A stretch of DNA of 63,978 bases, the filler included, from Pelomyxa schiedti (lineage: Eukaryota; Protista; Evosea): the NCBI GenBank assembly GCA_020536535.1. It is 10 parts of 10 records of this genome, joined end to end, with 100 filler letters (N's around TTAATTAATTAA, not from the genome) between each part and the next. Parts side by side here need not be neighbours in the genome. Positions count along the whole stretch, not along the records: positions 1 to 4,015 come from JAHLWZ010001652.1; positions 4,116 to 18,468 come from JAHLWZ010000629.1; 8 more parts are not named here. The stretch is one strand, 5' to 3'. The notes under the pieces were generated by a model. The model was not told where the DNA came from. It did no database searches and saw only the letters and a program-made list of their open reading frames with translations. Made by a program: the position numbers and the translations under genes. Each line of letters begins with the position of its first letter. Within the stretch, counting starts at the first letter, position 1. This document shows positions 1 to 11,900 of the stretch, one piece after another.

Positions 1-178
1 GCGCCGCCTGCTGTCGACCCACTCCATGTCTAGTTGGCTCCTTCCTCTCACATCCTCAAACGTGATCGCTGGATCATCGCGGCCAACGAGTCCCAGCACA
101 AGCGGCGACACCTCAAACCTGTTGGCACCCCCTGAATAACCGACTGTACTTGTGGTAGCGTCGTTGCGTCAAACCATT

Positions 179-270
179 TGGCTGAATTAAAAAAAACACC
201 AGACCGCCGATCCTGAGCGACGATAACGAAAAGTACAGCGTTCCGGTCTGTTGATTATTTTATTCAGCCA
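179..270 (+). promoter_or_regulatory. Conserved ~90-nt imperfect hairpin element directly upstream of a kinase gene
   Basis: Arms 179-206 and 244-270 are imperfect inverted repeats. A second copy lies at ~49355-49435 in reverse orientation, upstream of the minus-strand kinase-like gene starting at 49307. Confidence 0.6.
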
Positions 271-280
271 TTTGTCCATT

Positions 281-3200
281 ATGATGAGATGGAACTTCTG
301 GGGGTGCATTTTACTACTTTTCTCCCACACATGACATCCAGTGCTCCGATTAACGTCACGTGTTCTTTCGCGCCCAGTCTTCGTCGTCCTATCGATGTTT
401 GCGACCCAATGGACATCCAAGTGCAGGTGCACACGAGTATGAATATCACCAACTGGACAGTGCAGATATCAGCAGAACACTTGTGGGCTCCCACCACAGG
501 TGTGTTGGTGTTTGTTCTATTATTTTTTTTTGTTTTTTTTTTTTTTGTAACCTCTTCATGAGCCTCTCTCGACTCGGATGGTATTTCTAATCTGCACATG
601 GAACCTTTGAGTGATGTGACCTTTGAATCCATTCCTGGTTGCCTTGTAATCACAGTTTATAATGCATCCCACAGTACTATGAATAGAACTCACATCCAGA
701 TTCCACTATGTATTTTCAATGTCCCCAGAATTTCTAACTACCCCACGTAAAAGACATTTTCTTGAAGAGACTTTATGAGCCGTACAAAACCAGAAACGTC
801 ATTATTAATTTACTTGTGTTTGGGATATCAGGAGCAGGGAAGTCTGAATTCATCAACAGCTGTACAACTGCCATTTCCCAAGTCAAAGTACCTTCAGTAT
901 GTTATTTATAGTGAAGTGCAAATATTTCAACTAAATAGCCAAGATTGCACTAGCCTCAGGAAGCACATCAATGGTAACAAATACGTTTCGTGGCTATCGC
1001 CTGCAACCTTTTGAGAGTGAATTTACCCTCGAAGATGATATGAAGTCTTGTGTTGTTCTTTGGGGTTCATGCTTCACAGCACATTATGGCCATAACTCAA
1101 TGAAGATACATGGGGACTTACCGACGCCAACTATGTTGACTACGAGTTTCAGCTGATGTTGAAAGGTGAAATGGCGAACGGAACATCTATGACAGCCAGG
1201 GTTTACATTCCCCAAAATTCATTTATAATTATCCACCTCGGACAGAGCGGCTACAGCATAAGAAAAGCGCCAATCCACTGTGTTATTTTCTTCCTCCCAG
1301 CATATGAGCTAGACCCCTCTCCCCCCAGTACTCTCTGTAAGAGAATCCAGCCATTTATGGAAATCACAAAAAGGCTTGGTAACTGAGGTCTCATTCTTTT
1401 CGTTCTCATGTTATTTTTTCAGGAATTCCAGCCATTTTGGCTCTTAGTTTGGCAGATCGGCTCGTTTCAGATTTGGCCAACTTTCCTAGATACTATGTGC
1501 AGACAGCGTCAAGTATGTTCAGCCTGCCTGAAACCTGTGTTTTTCCACTGGTTTCCTACTATGGGGCATCAATAAAGAACAGTGTGACTGACAAGATTAT
1601 TCTACGAGTATTGTTTGGATCTGTATACATGGCCCTATTAAACCAGAGAGAAGATATCCAGAGATACGAAACAAATGAATTGAAAAACCAAATTGAATCG
1701 TTAAAAGATGCTCTAACAAGAAAGAATGAAGAGGTAAGTGACAAATTTTGAAAACAAAAGAGGGACTCATCCCCTAATCAGCTCCAACGTGAAAGGAACA
1801 AATATCTATTACAGGAAGAACAAAGAATAAGTACATGCCATACAATCCATTTTTCACATTAACATGTTCTGAAAGGAGCAGAAAGAGAAATTGGCTCCTT
1901 GACAATGCAACTCCATGAACAAACATTAGGTATTTTAAGTGACTTTTATTTGCACCAAATCACAAAATCAAGGCTTTGCCCACATATTAAGACACATTCA
2001 ACAAGGAGTGTGGGTGAAATCAGTTGCACCATCCTGGGGAGGCCCCCAAGAAGAAGCCAGTGCGTGTGTTATGAAGCAAGTTTTAATAATTCTGGAAAGG
2101 CACAATATCACTTTTCCTGAAACAGTTTGCTCCTTATGCCCGTTAGACAAGGTAAAAATGGTGTAAAACGCCGGCCTCCTGTCTTGGGCAGCTCACCCAA
2201 ACCACAAAAAAACCAGGTTGTGAAGATGGGAGTTGAGAAACAGTTTGGAGTGGATGAAAACCAGCAAGTTGTCTCTTTCTCAAAACAAGGAGAAATATCT
2301 GAAGAAGCGGTGATCTCTGGTACTTCTTCAGCATTATCTCAGCTGTCATCCCTTTTTCCTTTTGAAGGGATTCCAGGTTTGACTTCCTGTGGGTTTGGGC
2401 AGGATTGCTACTTTCAATTAAAATAACAAAAAAAAAACTGCAGAGATAAAAGTGAGACTGACATCAGTCATGACCATCAAACAGTCTGACCTGCAGTATG
2501 TTTGCAACTTGGGAAGAGGTAGCTATGGAACAGTAGACAAGGCAATATACACTCCCTCAGGAAGAGAAGTGGCAGTGAAAACTATGCATGAGATCATTGC
2601 CTCCAACAGAAACATCGAACTTTTCATGAACGAGGCAGATGTAATGCAACACTTGGTTTTGGATAAAACTCAAAAAACAATACATAAATAGATTGTAAGT
2701 GGATTAAGGCATCCCAACATTGTGAAGTGCATAGGAACATCCACCACCAGAACTGGGCAACTGCAGATTGTATCTGAGCTCATGTGTTGCAGTCTTGGGC
2801 AACTTCTGAGGCAGGTTGGTGATGTGAGTGAAGTTAATTTTCTAACTTAATGCAAAACTAAAGAAGCGACTGAGCATCAAAGAAGTTGCTGCCATTGCAC
2901 TGAATGTTTCCAAGGGAATGGAAAGTCTCCACAGGTGCTGGAAAAAAACTTTAAAAATGAAATGGCAAATCAACACAAACAGGCAGAATTTCATGCACCG
3001 GGACTTGAGCAGCAACAATATCCTTTTTGACTCAAATGGAACTCCAAAGATTTGTGACTTTGGTATTGCCTGCTCTCCATTGATTATTTTCTTCCACCAA
3101 ACACAAGGCGTGTCTCGAGTGATGTATCCCCAAGGTGCTCTGACTGGAGCAGCAACACCAAACAAAAACCGAACCATGGTACCTGGAACACATGTTTACA

Positions 3201-3895
3201 TGGCTCCACAGATGCTCACAGAGAATTATTCAATTGAAGGTTGGCAACTATTTTATAACATTGGCCTCCAAAATAACAACAACAAAAAAGGGGACATGTG
3301 GGGATTTGGCATTCTGCTGTCTGAGATGATGAGTGGCGACATTGTTGACCCCTTTGATACGCTTCCGCTTTCCGCACAACTGAGCTTCATGAATGAGCAG
3401 AAGCAACACCTCTCCTCTCCTGACGTGGAAGGTTATTCTTCTTGTTAGGCGTCACAGTCACAGAAAAAGAGGTGAACAGGCTCTGCATTGAATCAAGTGA
3501 ATCAACGATTGGCAGCTGCCTTGGCAGAAGGAGCGCTTCCATTGAGACTGTTACCCATCTAACACACTCCGCTGATTCCCCACTGTTGCTGTCAGATGGG
3601 ATCACCGGCACAAGATCTGCAGCGGCTGGGGACCTCATCGTTCTCGTTGTCCAGTCATGCCTCTCAATCCTTGGCGTGTTCTTCCCCTGATTTCTTTTGT
3701 TCTAACCACAGAACAGAGAGGAACAGGCTTCCATTCTCGGTGATTGCAAAGATGTTGCTGTGCTGCACTGCGATTATTTTGCAAACAACAGAAACAACAG
3801 CTGTGCAAGTGACCGACGACCAAGTAAACGAGTGCACCAGGCAGTGGCTATCGTCCCTCGTCCCCTCCATCCTTGCCAACACCTCATCTTCGTAA
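281..3895 (+). CDS. Multi-exon protein: uncharacterised N-terminal region, coiled coil, ubiquitin-like module and C-terminal TKL-type protein kinase
   Basis: Spliced motifs: LGRGSYGTV, VAVK, E in helix C, LRHPNIV, HRDLSSNNIL, ICDFG, GTHVYMAPQ, GDMWGFG, R-LPFSVI. A 38-nt GT-AG intron (304-341) joins ATG 281 to the 289 frame. That the 5' exons belong to the same gene as the kinase exons is inferred. Confidence 0.75.
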
Positions 3896-4015
3896 TATCC
3901 TTTTAGCTGGAATGTAACTTTGTTTAAAATGTAAACTAAAGTCCGTGGTAAACTCGCCAAAAACAACGTACACGCTGTACGTTCTGCGAATCTAATAGGA
4001 CTCAGGCCACCTCAG

Positions 4016-4115
4016 NNNNNNNNNNNNNNNNNNNNNNNNNNNNNNNNNNNNNNNNNNNNTTAATTAATTAANNNNNNNNNNNNNNNNNNNNNNNNNNNNN
4101 NNNNNNNNNNNNNNN
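4016..4115. other. Assembly gap with artificial six-frame-stop linker (N44-TTAATTAATTAA-N44)
   Basis: The same linker occurs at 4060, 18513, 21780, 23009, 24581, 26741, 40667, 42145 and 44307. Plain 100-N gaps lie at 17640-17739 and 25844-25943. Confidence 0.97.
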
Positions 4116-4530
4116 CTTGTACCACTCATGTGTGAAGATCTTTGTTTGTGTGTTGCTTGTGGTTTTTTTTATGCTTGTGGTGTTGCGACAGAGAGCCGGC
4201 AATTTGCTACATTTTTTTTACGTAATGAAACGAAAAAAAAAAAAACTTTCGTTTCCGAAGCTGTATTCAAACCCACTTGTGTAGTACGTCGCGTTGGAGA
4301 ACGAGGTGGTCCTTTGGAGTGGCAGAGGCCTGAAGGTGGCTTTGATCACGGTTTGTGATTTCCCGGAACACGATCAACTGAACAAGTCATGCGGGACCCG
4401 CGGGCTCTGTTGTGTGTATCTTTGCTTTTGCTGGTGTGTCACTCACAAGCTTATGCATTAAGAATACAATCAGGGTGAGGTTCACACTGGTGGGGAAGAA
4501 AATTGGCAACATGGGAATGATTTCAAGGAG

Positions 4531-5640
4531 TTGCCATGGTATAAGCAAGTACATTGCCACTGTACACCAGTGCATCCCAGCATGGGTGCCGACTCGGCAC
4601 CAACAAAAGCAGTGACAACACCAACAACAAATACCAGCAGACCAACCCAAAAACGCCACCCTCCAGCCTGCCTCAGTGACTACAAGCGAAACGCAGTTCC
4701 TCCACTGGCACCAAAGTGGTTAGGGAAGTATTCTATCGTGATGACGTTCGAACAAAAATGGGCCACGGTTCTTTTTTGCATGGGATGCATCAGGCCAAAA
4801 GTTGGACCATTCAGCTCTGGTGACACTCCTCACTTCTTTGGAAATGGCTATGCTTTGATGCTTGGGACAAGGCCTGAAACGGTAGCAGTTGCCAACCTCA
4901 GAACAAACGTGATGAGAGAAGTGGCTGCCCCTGGGTTTGCAGGGAAGCAATTCTTTGGAATGTTCAAGGGCAAAAAGTGGGTGGTTCTCTGGGAGTATGG
5001 AGCAACCATTGTTATACTGTCAGTGGATGGCATGCAGGAGGAGAGAAACAGCATAAGTGGGGGGAACCATCATGCCAGGAGAGTCGAGGTGGGGAAGAAT
5101 CTAACAGCGGTGGAGATGATCAGTGATGACGAAGCTGTGGTGGTTGTTACGAGTGAGGGTGGCCTTGTTGAAGTGTTGTGTGTGGACCTGAAATTGTGTT
5201 TTGAGTCAGGCAAGCTTGTTATCAGGCACAGGTTCCAGGGTTTTCCACACATGGGCAGTCAGTTTTTCCACATGAAAAAGCACAAATTGATTGGGACCAG
5301 GCATCAGAGGAACAGCAGCAATTTCCAATGGGTGTCACTTTCACCACTCCATAATACTGATGTGGAGCTGCACCATTCTGTGAACCCCATGTCAAAAGTG
5401 GATGGCAATCACTTCGCAGAGCATGACAAAGACAAAGGAACACTGAGTGTGTTCTCAACTGATGACTTTGATCAACCAGTTCGCATCTTCCACCTGAATA
5501 GAATGTACTGCTGCGAGAATGGGTTCATTGTGTTCTGGTATGAACGCCACCTGGACCTCGTTGATGCAGTAACTGGCACTTGGCTGTTGCGCCAACCCTT
5601 GTGTCAAGGCATTCACAGGTTATCTCTTGGCACCTCTTGA
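4531..5640 (+). CDS. Intronless lineage-specific hypothetical protein, beta-rich (family member)
   Basis: 369-aa ORF sharing family-type segments (KWVV, DEAVVV, SVFS, GF, VDAVTGT) with the neighbouring ORFs. The start codon is uncertain. Confidence 0.65.
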   Translation: MPWYKQVHCHCTPVHPSMGADSAPTKAVTTPTTNTSRPTQKRHPPACLSDYKRNAVPPLAPKWLGKYSIVMTFEQKWATVLFCMGCIRPKVGPFSSGDTPHFFGNGYALMLGTRPETVAVANLRTNVMREVAAPGFAGKQFFGMFKGKKWVVLWEYGATIVILSVDGMQEERNSISGGNHHARRVEVGKNLTAVEMISDDEAVVVVTSEGGLVEVLCVDLKLCFESGKLVIRHRFQGFPHMGSQFFHMKKHKLIGTRHQRNSSNFQWVSLSPLHNTDVELHHSVNPMSKVDGNHFAEHDKDKGTLSVFSTDDFDQPVRIFHLNRMYCCENGFIVFWYERHLDLVDAVTGTWLLRQPLCQGIHRLSLGTS

Positions 5641-5767
5641 TGAGTCCAAGCTGCTACTAGCCCACCAACAAAATTGGGTCCAATCATTCCACTGTGAGAG
5701 TTCCAAACTAAAAATGATGATGCCGGAGAAAATAAAATTTTCAAGCCCCCAGGGCAAGACATCATCG

Positions 5768-7234
5768 ATGCGGGGAATGAGCTCATTCACCGGCGTTTCC
5801 GTGTCTGTCGACGCGCATCAGCAGCTGTTGGCCCTTGCCTCGTCCCTTATTGGCTGCCCGCGGCCGCCCCTCTACCGGCGACCCATTCAGCCTCCTCCCA
5901 TAGACTGCGCCGCCGCCTCCGCCTCCTCTGCCGCCTCCTCTTCCGCCTCCCCCCCTGGTCGTCCTCGCCGAAACCGCGGGCGCAAGCGCCGCCGCGGCCG
6001 GTGCTACGCGGGGATGCTGCCTCAGTGGATCGTGACGGAGTGCATCGGCAGGAGGTGGGTGCTGGCCGCCGAGCGCGTCGTGCTGGCCACGTTCTTGTCC
6101 GACCCAGGCGGGCCGAAGTTTTGGTTTTGCTTGTCGCACACGCTTGGCGTCGTCGACGGCCCGAGCAAGGTTGTGCTGTGGGAGTCGTGCCTGGGGTGGA
6201 CCAGGCCCAACAGGATGGTGTACTACGACCGGGGCGGGAGCGAGAAGGAGCGTGCGGCCGTGGGGATCCAGCGGTCTTCTTCGATGCCTGTCATCGAGGT
6301 GCTGAGTGAGACGCGTTCGATGAAGGACTGCCCGATTGCCGCGTGCAACAGGAGGTGGATTGTGCTGTCACCAAAGCACTCGAGAAAGGTGATGGTGTGG
6401 AGGGTTGGGGACGGTGGATTGGCTCGGAGCTTCATGGAGTTTGACTGTCCCTCGATGGGGGCCCTCTTGTCACTGAGGTTCTTTGGGCCAGTCTGTGAGT
6501 ACGACTGTGATTCTGACATTCTGGAGGTGTTCTTTCTTCATAAGAGTCCTCGCAAGAGCCTCCTTTCTGTTCTGCACTTTGACATGCAGACTGTGTGGCA
6601 GGACGGTTTATGGCTCAGTGCAACTTGTCAGCTGCGGGGCTGTCTCACAAAAATCTGCGCAGTCCACTCATTGATAGGTCTGAGAGGAAGTACTACCTAC
6701 CATTTTATGAAGAGAAGCAGACCCAGAAATTGTTGGAAATTAACACAGGAATGACTATCACATGGTTGGAGAATAGTGCAGAACAGCTGGAAGTGAAGGC
6801 AGTTGATGAGTCACACCTTGCCACAACAAAAATTGACCACTCATCAACATCTGTGTTTTCCCTCTCATCACTCGTTCACCAGAGCGCGTTTCCTCCAAAG
6901 AAAACAAGCTTACTACCTACACATCCACTTCCATGCATCACACACCAACACCCAACAGGAACCAAGTCAGTGGTTGCTGGTTGTGGCCTGTTGGTCACAA
7001 CTTCCATCAGTACAGGCCCTGCATCCCCAGCATACATGTTGAAGCAGAACTACACTCCCTTTACAACTAAGACAGCTTTTGGGTCTCCATTCAGCAGTGA
7101 CAGCACCACAGTGACAACAACACACATTCGTTGACGCACTGACAGGAACCACTTTGTTCACCATGACTCTCAACAATGGTATCCTTCCACAGTCAATCAC
7201 TCAAATTCCCTTCAGAACTCCCGCCTTCCACTGA
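5768..7234 (+). pseudogene. Frameshifted member of the intronless lineage-specific family
   Basis: Collinear with 7314-8903 (AHQQLLALA, GRRWV, ACNRRWIV, PLIDR, NTGMTITWLE, VDESHLATT, DALTGT). The frame changes near 6600 and at the CA run near 7120-7126. Sequencing error is possible. Confidence 0.7.
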
Positions 7235-7313
7235 AGAGCAGAGGCAAACCCTTCCACCACAGTCAATCAAATTCTTATTAACAAGAAAAGTTTTAAATTT
7301 CGAATTCACGCTA

Positions 7314-8903
7314 ATGTTCGGAAGCAGGATAGACGCTTCGATGCTCCAACCCGCGCTGGTTGCTCGCGACCAATTTGTCGCCCTGGCCTCGGCTTGCTTC
7401 GTCCCGCAGCGGCCCCCCCTGCCCCAGCCTATTATGGGCTCCGCTCCGGCCCGAGACCACGACAGGGGCCGCCCGTCCCCCTCCCCCTCCGCCTCCGCCT
7501 CCGCCTCCCCCTGCCCCCCCTCCTCCTCGTGCTGCTGGGTCCCTATGCTGCCCCTGTGTGTCCTCGTCGAGGGGATCGGCAGGCGGTGGGTGATGCGCGT
7601 CGAGAGGCCCGTGGTCGCCACGCTCGAGTCGGACCAGACCAAGGCGGAGCTGAATGGCAAGAGGATCTTCTTCAGCGTGTCGTACACCCTGGGGCTCGTG
7701 CAGTGGCCTGTGCTTGTCAGAGAAACATGCAGGTGCCTGCTGGGTTTCATCGACAAGCGCAGGGTGGTGGTGCAAAAAAACCGCAAGGGAAATGGAAAGG
7801 GAGATGGGAATGGAAATGGAAAGGAAGGTGGCAATGAGGTGTCATCGGCAATTGAAGTTGTGGACAGCTTTGACTTTGGAGTGAGCCCCATCAGGGAACT
7901 GATTGCGCGGCGCTACAACTTGTTCCTCCATTCGGGGGATTTTGCGTGCAATACCCGGTGGATTGTTGTGTTGGATAGCAAGCACTCCTCTATGTTCGTA
8001 TCCAAAGTGTTGAATGGTTCTGCGGAGCCCATGAGAGAGATTCCATGTACATCAATGGCAGAGGGCACTGTGCTTCTGCGGTTTTTTTCGCATGGTGGTG
8101 AATATGACAATGAGTCTGATACTCTGGAGTACTTCTTCTTAAACCTAAGCGGTCCTGATTGTGAACTTTCTGTGTTTCACGCTGACCTCAACACTGTGTT
8201 CGAGGCGGGGGAAATTTACGGGGCAGAGCTGATATTAAAGTGCAGCCTAACACAGGCTGGACTGCCTTGGAATGGTTTGTGCACTCCACTTATTGACAGG
8301 GCCGAAGGGAAATATTTCCTGCCGTTTATTAGTACCACAAAGAATTCAGAAAAACGGGCTCAGAAGCTGTTGGAGTTGAACACGGGGATGACAATCACAT
8401 GGCTGGAACATGTTACAGGACAAGTGGAAGTGACGGCAGTTGACGAGTCACACCTTGCCACAACAACCAGTGACCACTCATCAACATCTGTGTTTTCCCT
8501 CTCGTCCCTGTGTCACCGCAAAGACACCCAGGGAGCTCCAGCAGCAAAGAGGCGCAGAACCTATGAACAAAAGCCAGTTACACCACTGATAACACACCAG
8601 AATCCACCAGGTACCCAGTCAGTTGTTGCCAGTTGTGGACTGTTGTTCACCAGCTCCATTATTACATCCACATCAGTTCCGTCAGTCCCCATTCTTGACA
8701 GGGAGCCACTTTCCAACAAGCTCAGAGGTAATTACCGTGACTCTGACTTGACTGTGAGGACGAGGATCACAGTCACTGATGCAATGACAGGCACCAAGCT
8801 GTTCACAGGCACATTCCCTCAGGTACTGTTACCTCAGACAGTCAACAGCTTCCCCTTCAAAACCCCTGTCTTTCCAATCATCCAAACACCACTGTGGGGA
8901 TAA
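7314..8903 (+). CDS. Intronless lineage-specific hypothetical protein (tandem paralog)
   Basis: Long open frame with an ARDQFVALA N-terminal motif and clear paralogy to 5768-7234. Confidence 0.8.
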   Translation: MFGSRIDASMLQPALVARDQFVALASACFVPQRPPLPQPIMGSAPARDHDRGRPSPSPSASASASPCPPSSSCCWVPMLPLCVLVEGIGRRWVMRVERPVVATLESDQTKAELNGKRIFFSVSYTLGLVQWPVLVRETCRCLLGFIDKRRVVVQKNRKGNGKGDGNGNGKEGGNEVSSAIEVVDSFDFGVSPIRELIARRYNLFLHSGDFACNTRWIVVLDSKHSSMFVSKVLNGSAEPMREIPCTSMAEGTVLLRFFSHGGEYDNESDTLEYFFLNLSGPDCELSVFHADLNTVFEAGEIYGAELILKCSLTQAGLPWNGLCTPLIDRAEGKYFLPFISTTKNSEKRAQKLLELNTGMTITWLEHVTGQVEVTAVDESHLATTTSDHSSTSVFSLSSLCHRKDTQGAPAAKRRRTYEQKPVTPLITHQNPPGTQSVVASCGLLFTSSIITSTSVPSVPILDREPLSNKLRGNYRDSDLTVRTRITVTDAMTGTKLFTGTFPQVLLPQTVNSFPFKTPVFPIIQTPLWG

Positions 8904-8957
8904 GTGTGTGGATCTGGTTCGTTATTAGTTTCTGAAACATTTTCTTTTTTTCGTCGA

Positions 8958-11900
8958 ATGGCGAGCGACACGCGCGAGGGAGCGCTTAGGTCGGCGACGG
9001 AGGGCGGGGAGGAGGAGTTGGGGCCGCCGCCGCCGCCGCTGACCCACGGGACGGTGCCGGTGGAGGAGCAAGGAGACGCGGCGGCCGCCCAGGCCTGCGA
9101 CGCCGCGGCCAAGGCCATGCCCGTGGGGCAGCGGGCCGCCCACCGCGACTGGAAGGCGAGGCTCGACGCCGCAGGGGAGCTGGCCGACGCCGCCGGGGCC
9201 CCGCGAGTCACCCCGCCGTCCTCGTCCTCCTCCGGGCCCCCCGCCTCGGCGAGCGCCGCTGCCCCCGCGGCTGCCGACGCGGCGCTGAGCGACGACGCGG
9301 TGCTGGCCTGCGCCGAGCAACACGGTATGGTGTGATGCGGGGATGGGGATGGTCATTATGGGGATGGTCATTATGGGTTTGGTTTGGTGGCGGTGTTGTG
9401 TTGTTGTTGTTGTCTAGGGGCTGCTTTTTTGATTGTTTAATTTAGTTTAGAAAGTTTATGGACATATAAATGCTAATATGGGTTTTTTTTGTGCAGGTGC
9501 AATTGTATGCAAACTAGTGTCGGATTCGAATGCTGCTGTGCAGGAGCAATCTCTGTTGGTACTGGAGAGAATTCTCATTAAGCTGCCACCTCCGAGTTGC
9601 CCTACTGATGATGGAATGCTGGGCATCCCAGATATTCGCGGACTGTGCAGCGTTATGGTTGACAAATGCCTGCCATCTGCTCGGGCTAAGATAAAGTCAT
9701 TAGCTGACGAATGTTGCTTGATGTTAGTTGAACTGGCCCAAGCATCGAAATTAGTGGTATTTATTGTTATGTCTTCCATAGAAAATAACCGCGCCCCTTC
9801 CAGGAGGCCCTATTGCTTGGAAGTAAAAATAAAACACCAAAAACTGCGTTTGCATCTCTCCACATGCTTTGCCGTGTAATGAGGTCCGATTTGCTTCCTT
9901 TAAGTTTTTACATTCATCTCTGACACCTCACAGTGAATTCGGACCAACTCTACTTCCTATGAAAGAGATATCCTGTTGCGTGAGTGAGTGGTTCAAACAT
10001 CGTGACAGCAATGTGCGCAAAGAAGCCATGGACTTTCTCATAGAAGTATCCAAATGGTTTGTGGGAAGTTCTGGCAGTGGAAATATACTTCAAATATTCA
10101 TGAAAGATTTGAGCCCAGTACAGATGAAAGAACTTGAAGCAGCCTGCAAAGATTTGGTCCATCCAGGTGCCCCTAAAAGGTATTACTGCAACATTTTTCT
10201 CCCAAGTCAAATAGACCTCAACCAGAGTTCTGAGATCAAAACGAAATACCGCGGCTTCCAAACCAGGCAAACAAAAACCTGCACACATCCCCCGATTAAC
10301 TATACTGTCACAGAAGTGGTTGTGCTTGACGTGGCAATGTTGGAGAAGCCAGTGGCGCCAGCAAAACCTGTGAATATCCTGAAATCTATTAAAAACGACT
10401 GGTTTACAACAATGGTTAAAACCTTAAAAACTCTTCTTGCTCAATGACACGTTGCCAGGCAACTGGGAAATGGCTCGAAAAAAAGCAGAAACTAGAAGAT
10501 TTGGTAAATTTAGCTAATGTACCTCTTCTGGAGGATGGTGACTACTCCAATATTATCTCCTCTTTGAAGAAAGTAGCTATTCCTCCTGTATAATCTTTGG
10601 CATAACCACTACCGCATTTTCAGACAATAAGTGAAGAATCAAATGTCAACGTAGTGTCCAAGGCAATTGAGGCACTGGGAAAACTTGGAGCAGGCTTGAG
10701 GATATCGTTCTCAGGGGCTGCCAGACAGTTGGTTTCTTTGTTACTCATGAAATTTAAGGTCGAATTCACGCTTCCTTTGCTTTCCACAAACTTGCACCAG
10801 GATAAAAAGTTAACAAAGCCTCTTCATGAAACCTTACTCGTTTTCTCCACTGTGAATTTTTGTTTCACCGAAGTATTATCGGACATACAAGAAGCTCTTG
10901 AAAGCAAGGTATTGTATACTTTTGCAGCCTGGATTTGTTAAATTGTGCGTCAAGGATTCCGGAGTTGTGCAGTTAACGGCTATCTGGATAAAATGCACAT
11001 TAGAGCGAAATGTGGTGAAGCATATTCCAACAGTTTCTACTATTGATGCTGTTCTGAAAATTTTCTCCAAGGTATGCCTTTCCATCTTACCACACATAGT
11101 CTCAGAGAGTTAACAGGTGACTGACCACAAGGCACCTGAAGTCCGTGAGGAAGGGTGTCTTGTATTAGCAGCTCTTCTTAAATTATTCCCAAAAGAAGTG
11201 CAGCGGTTTATTGAATCATTTGACCCACAGAAGCAAAAGAAAGTATGTCACCTCTACTGGGGCCTTTAAAGTACTTACAGGGTGATAGATTCAGACCTAC
11301 AGCTCTGAAAGCCCAGAGTCGAAGTTGTCTTCCACAGGGAGACTCGCAACCACATCAAACTCACTTTCTTCTACGATAACTGCCACATCAAACATAATTC
11401 CCAAGAAAGAAATTATACAGGCACCTGTCCCACCACCAGCATCCACTCATACAATACCTTCTACTGGAAAGCAGACAACTAAAGAAACTGTTCCCCCGGC
11501 AAAGGCCACTACCCTTGCAAAAGAACCAAAGCAAAAATCTCAAGGTAAACTGCACCTCAATTCCTAAAGCATATCTCACTGCGTCCTCTAGACGTTACAA
11601 TTGAAGAACCTCCGCTAAGTGACGATTTAGTTCTACAAAAGGCTATCTCTTTTTTACCAGAGAATTTACCTGCAAGACTCGCGGACAAAAATTGGCGGGA
11701 AAGACTACAAGGTGAATTTTACCCTATTTGTTTTCTTTCCCTGACCCCAAAAAGCTTCCGAGGCTTTGATCAAATTCATATCTGACTCTCCTCCTACTCC
11801 TGATAATGGCTTGTGGTCATACACTCTTGTTGCTTTGCTTGATTCCTCTTCTCCAACCGAGTCCACAGTTGGATGTGGCTCACTTCAAAGGGAGCCAAAT

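Noticed and set aside
4060-4071. Recurring TTAATTAATTAA motif as a biological repeat or target site
   Set aside because: Always centred in exactly N44...N44, so it is an artificial six-frame-stop scaffold linker. Adjacency across these gaps is therefore unproven.
5783-9371. Many overlapping antisense and alternate-frame ORFs in GC-rich 5' regions
   Set aside because: Shadow ORFs expected from high GC and low complexity.
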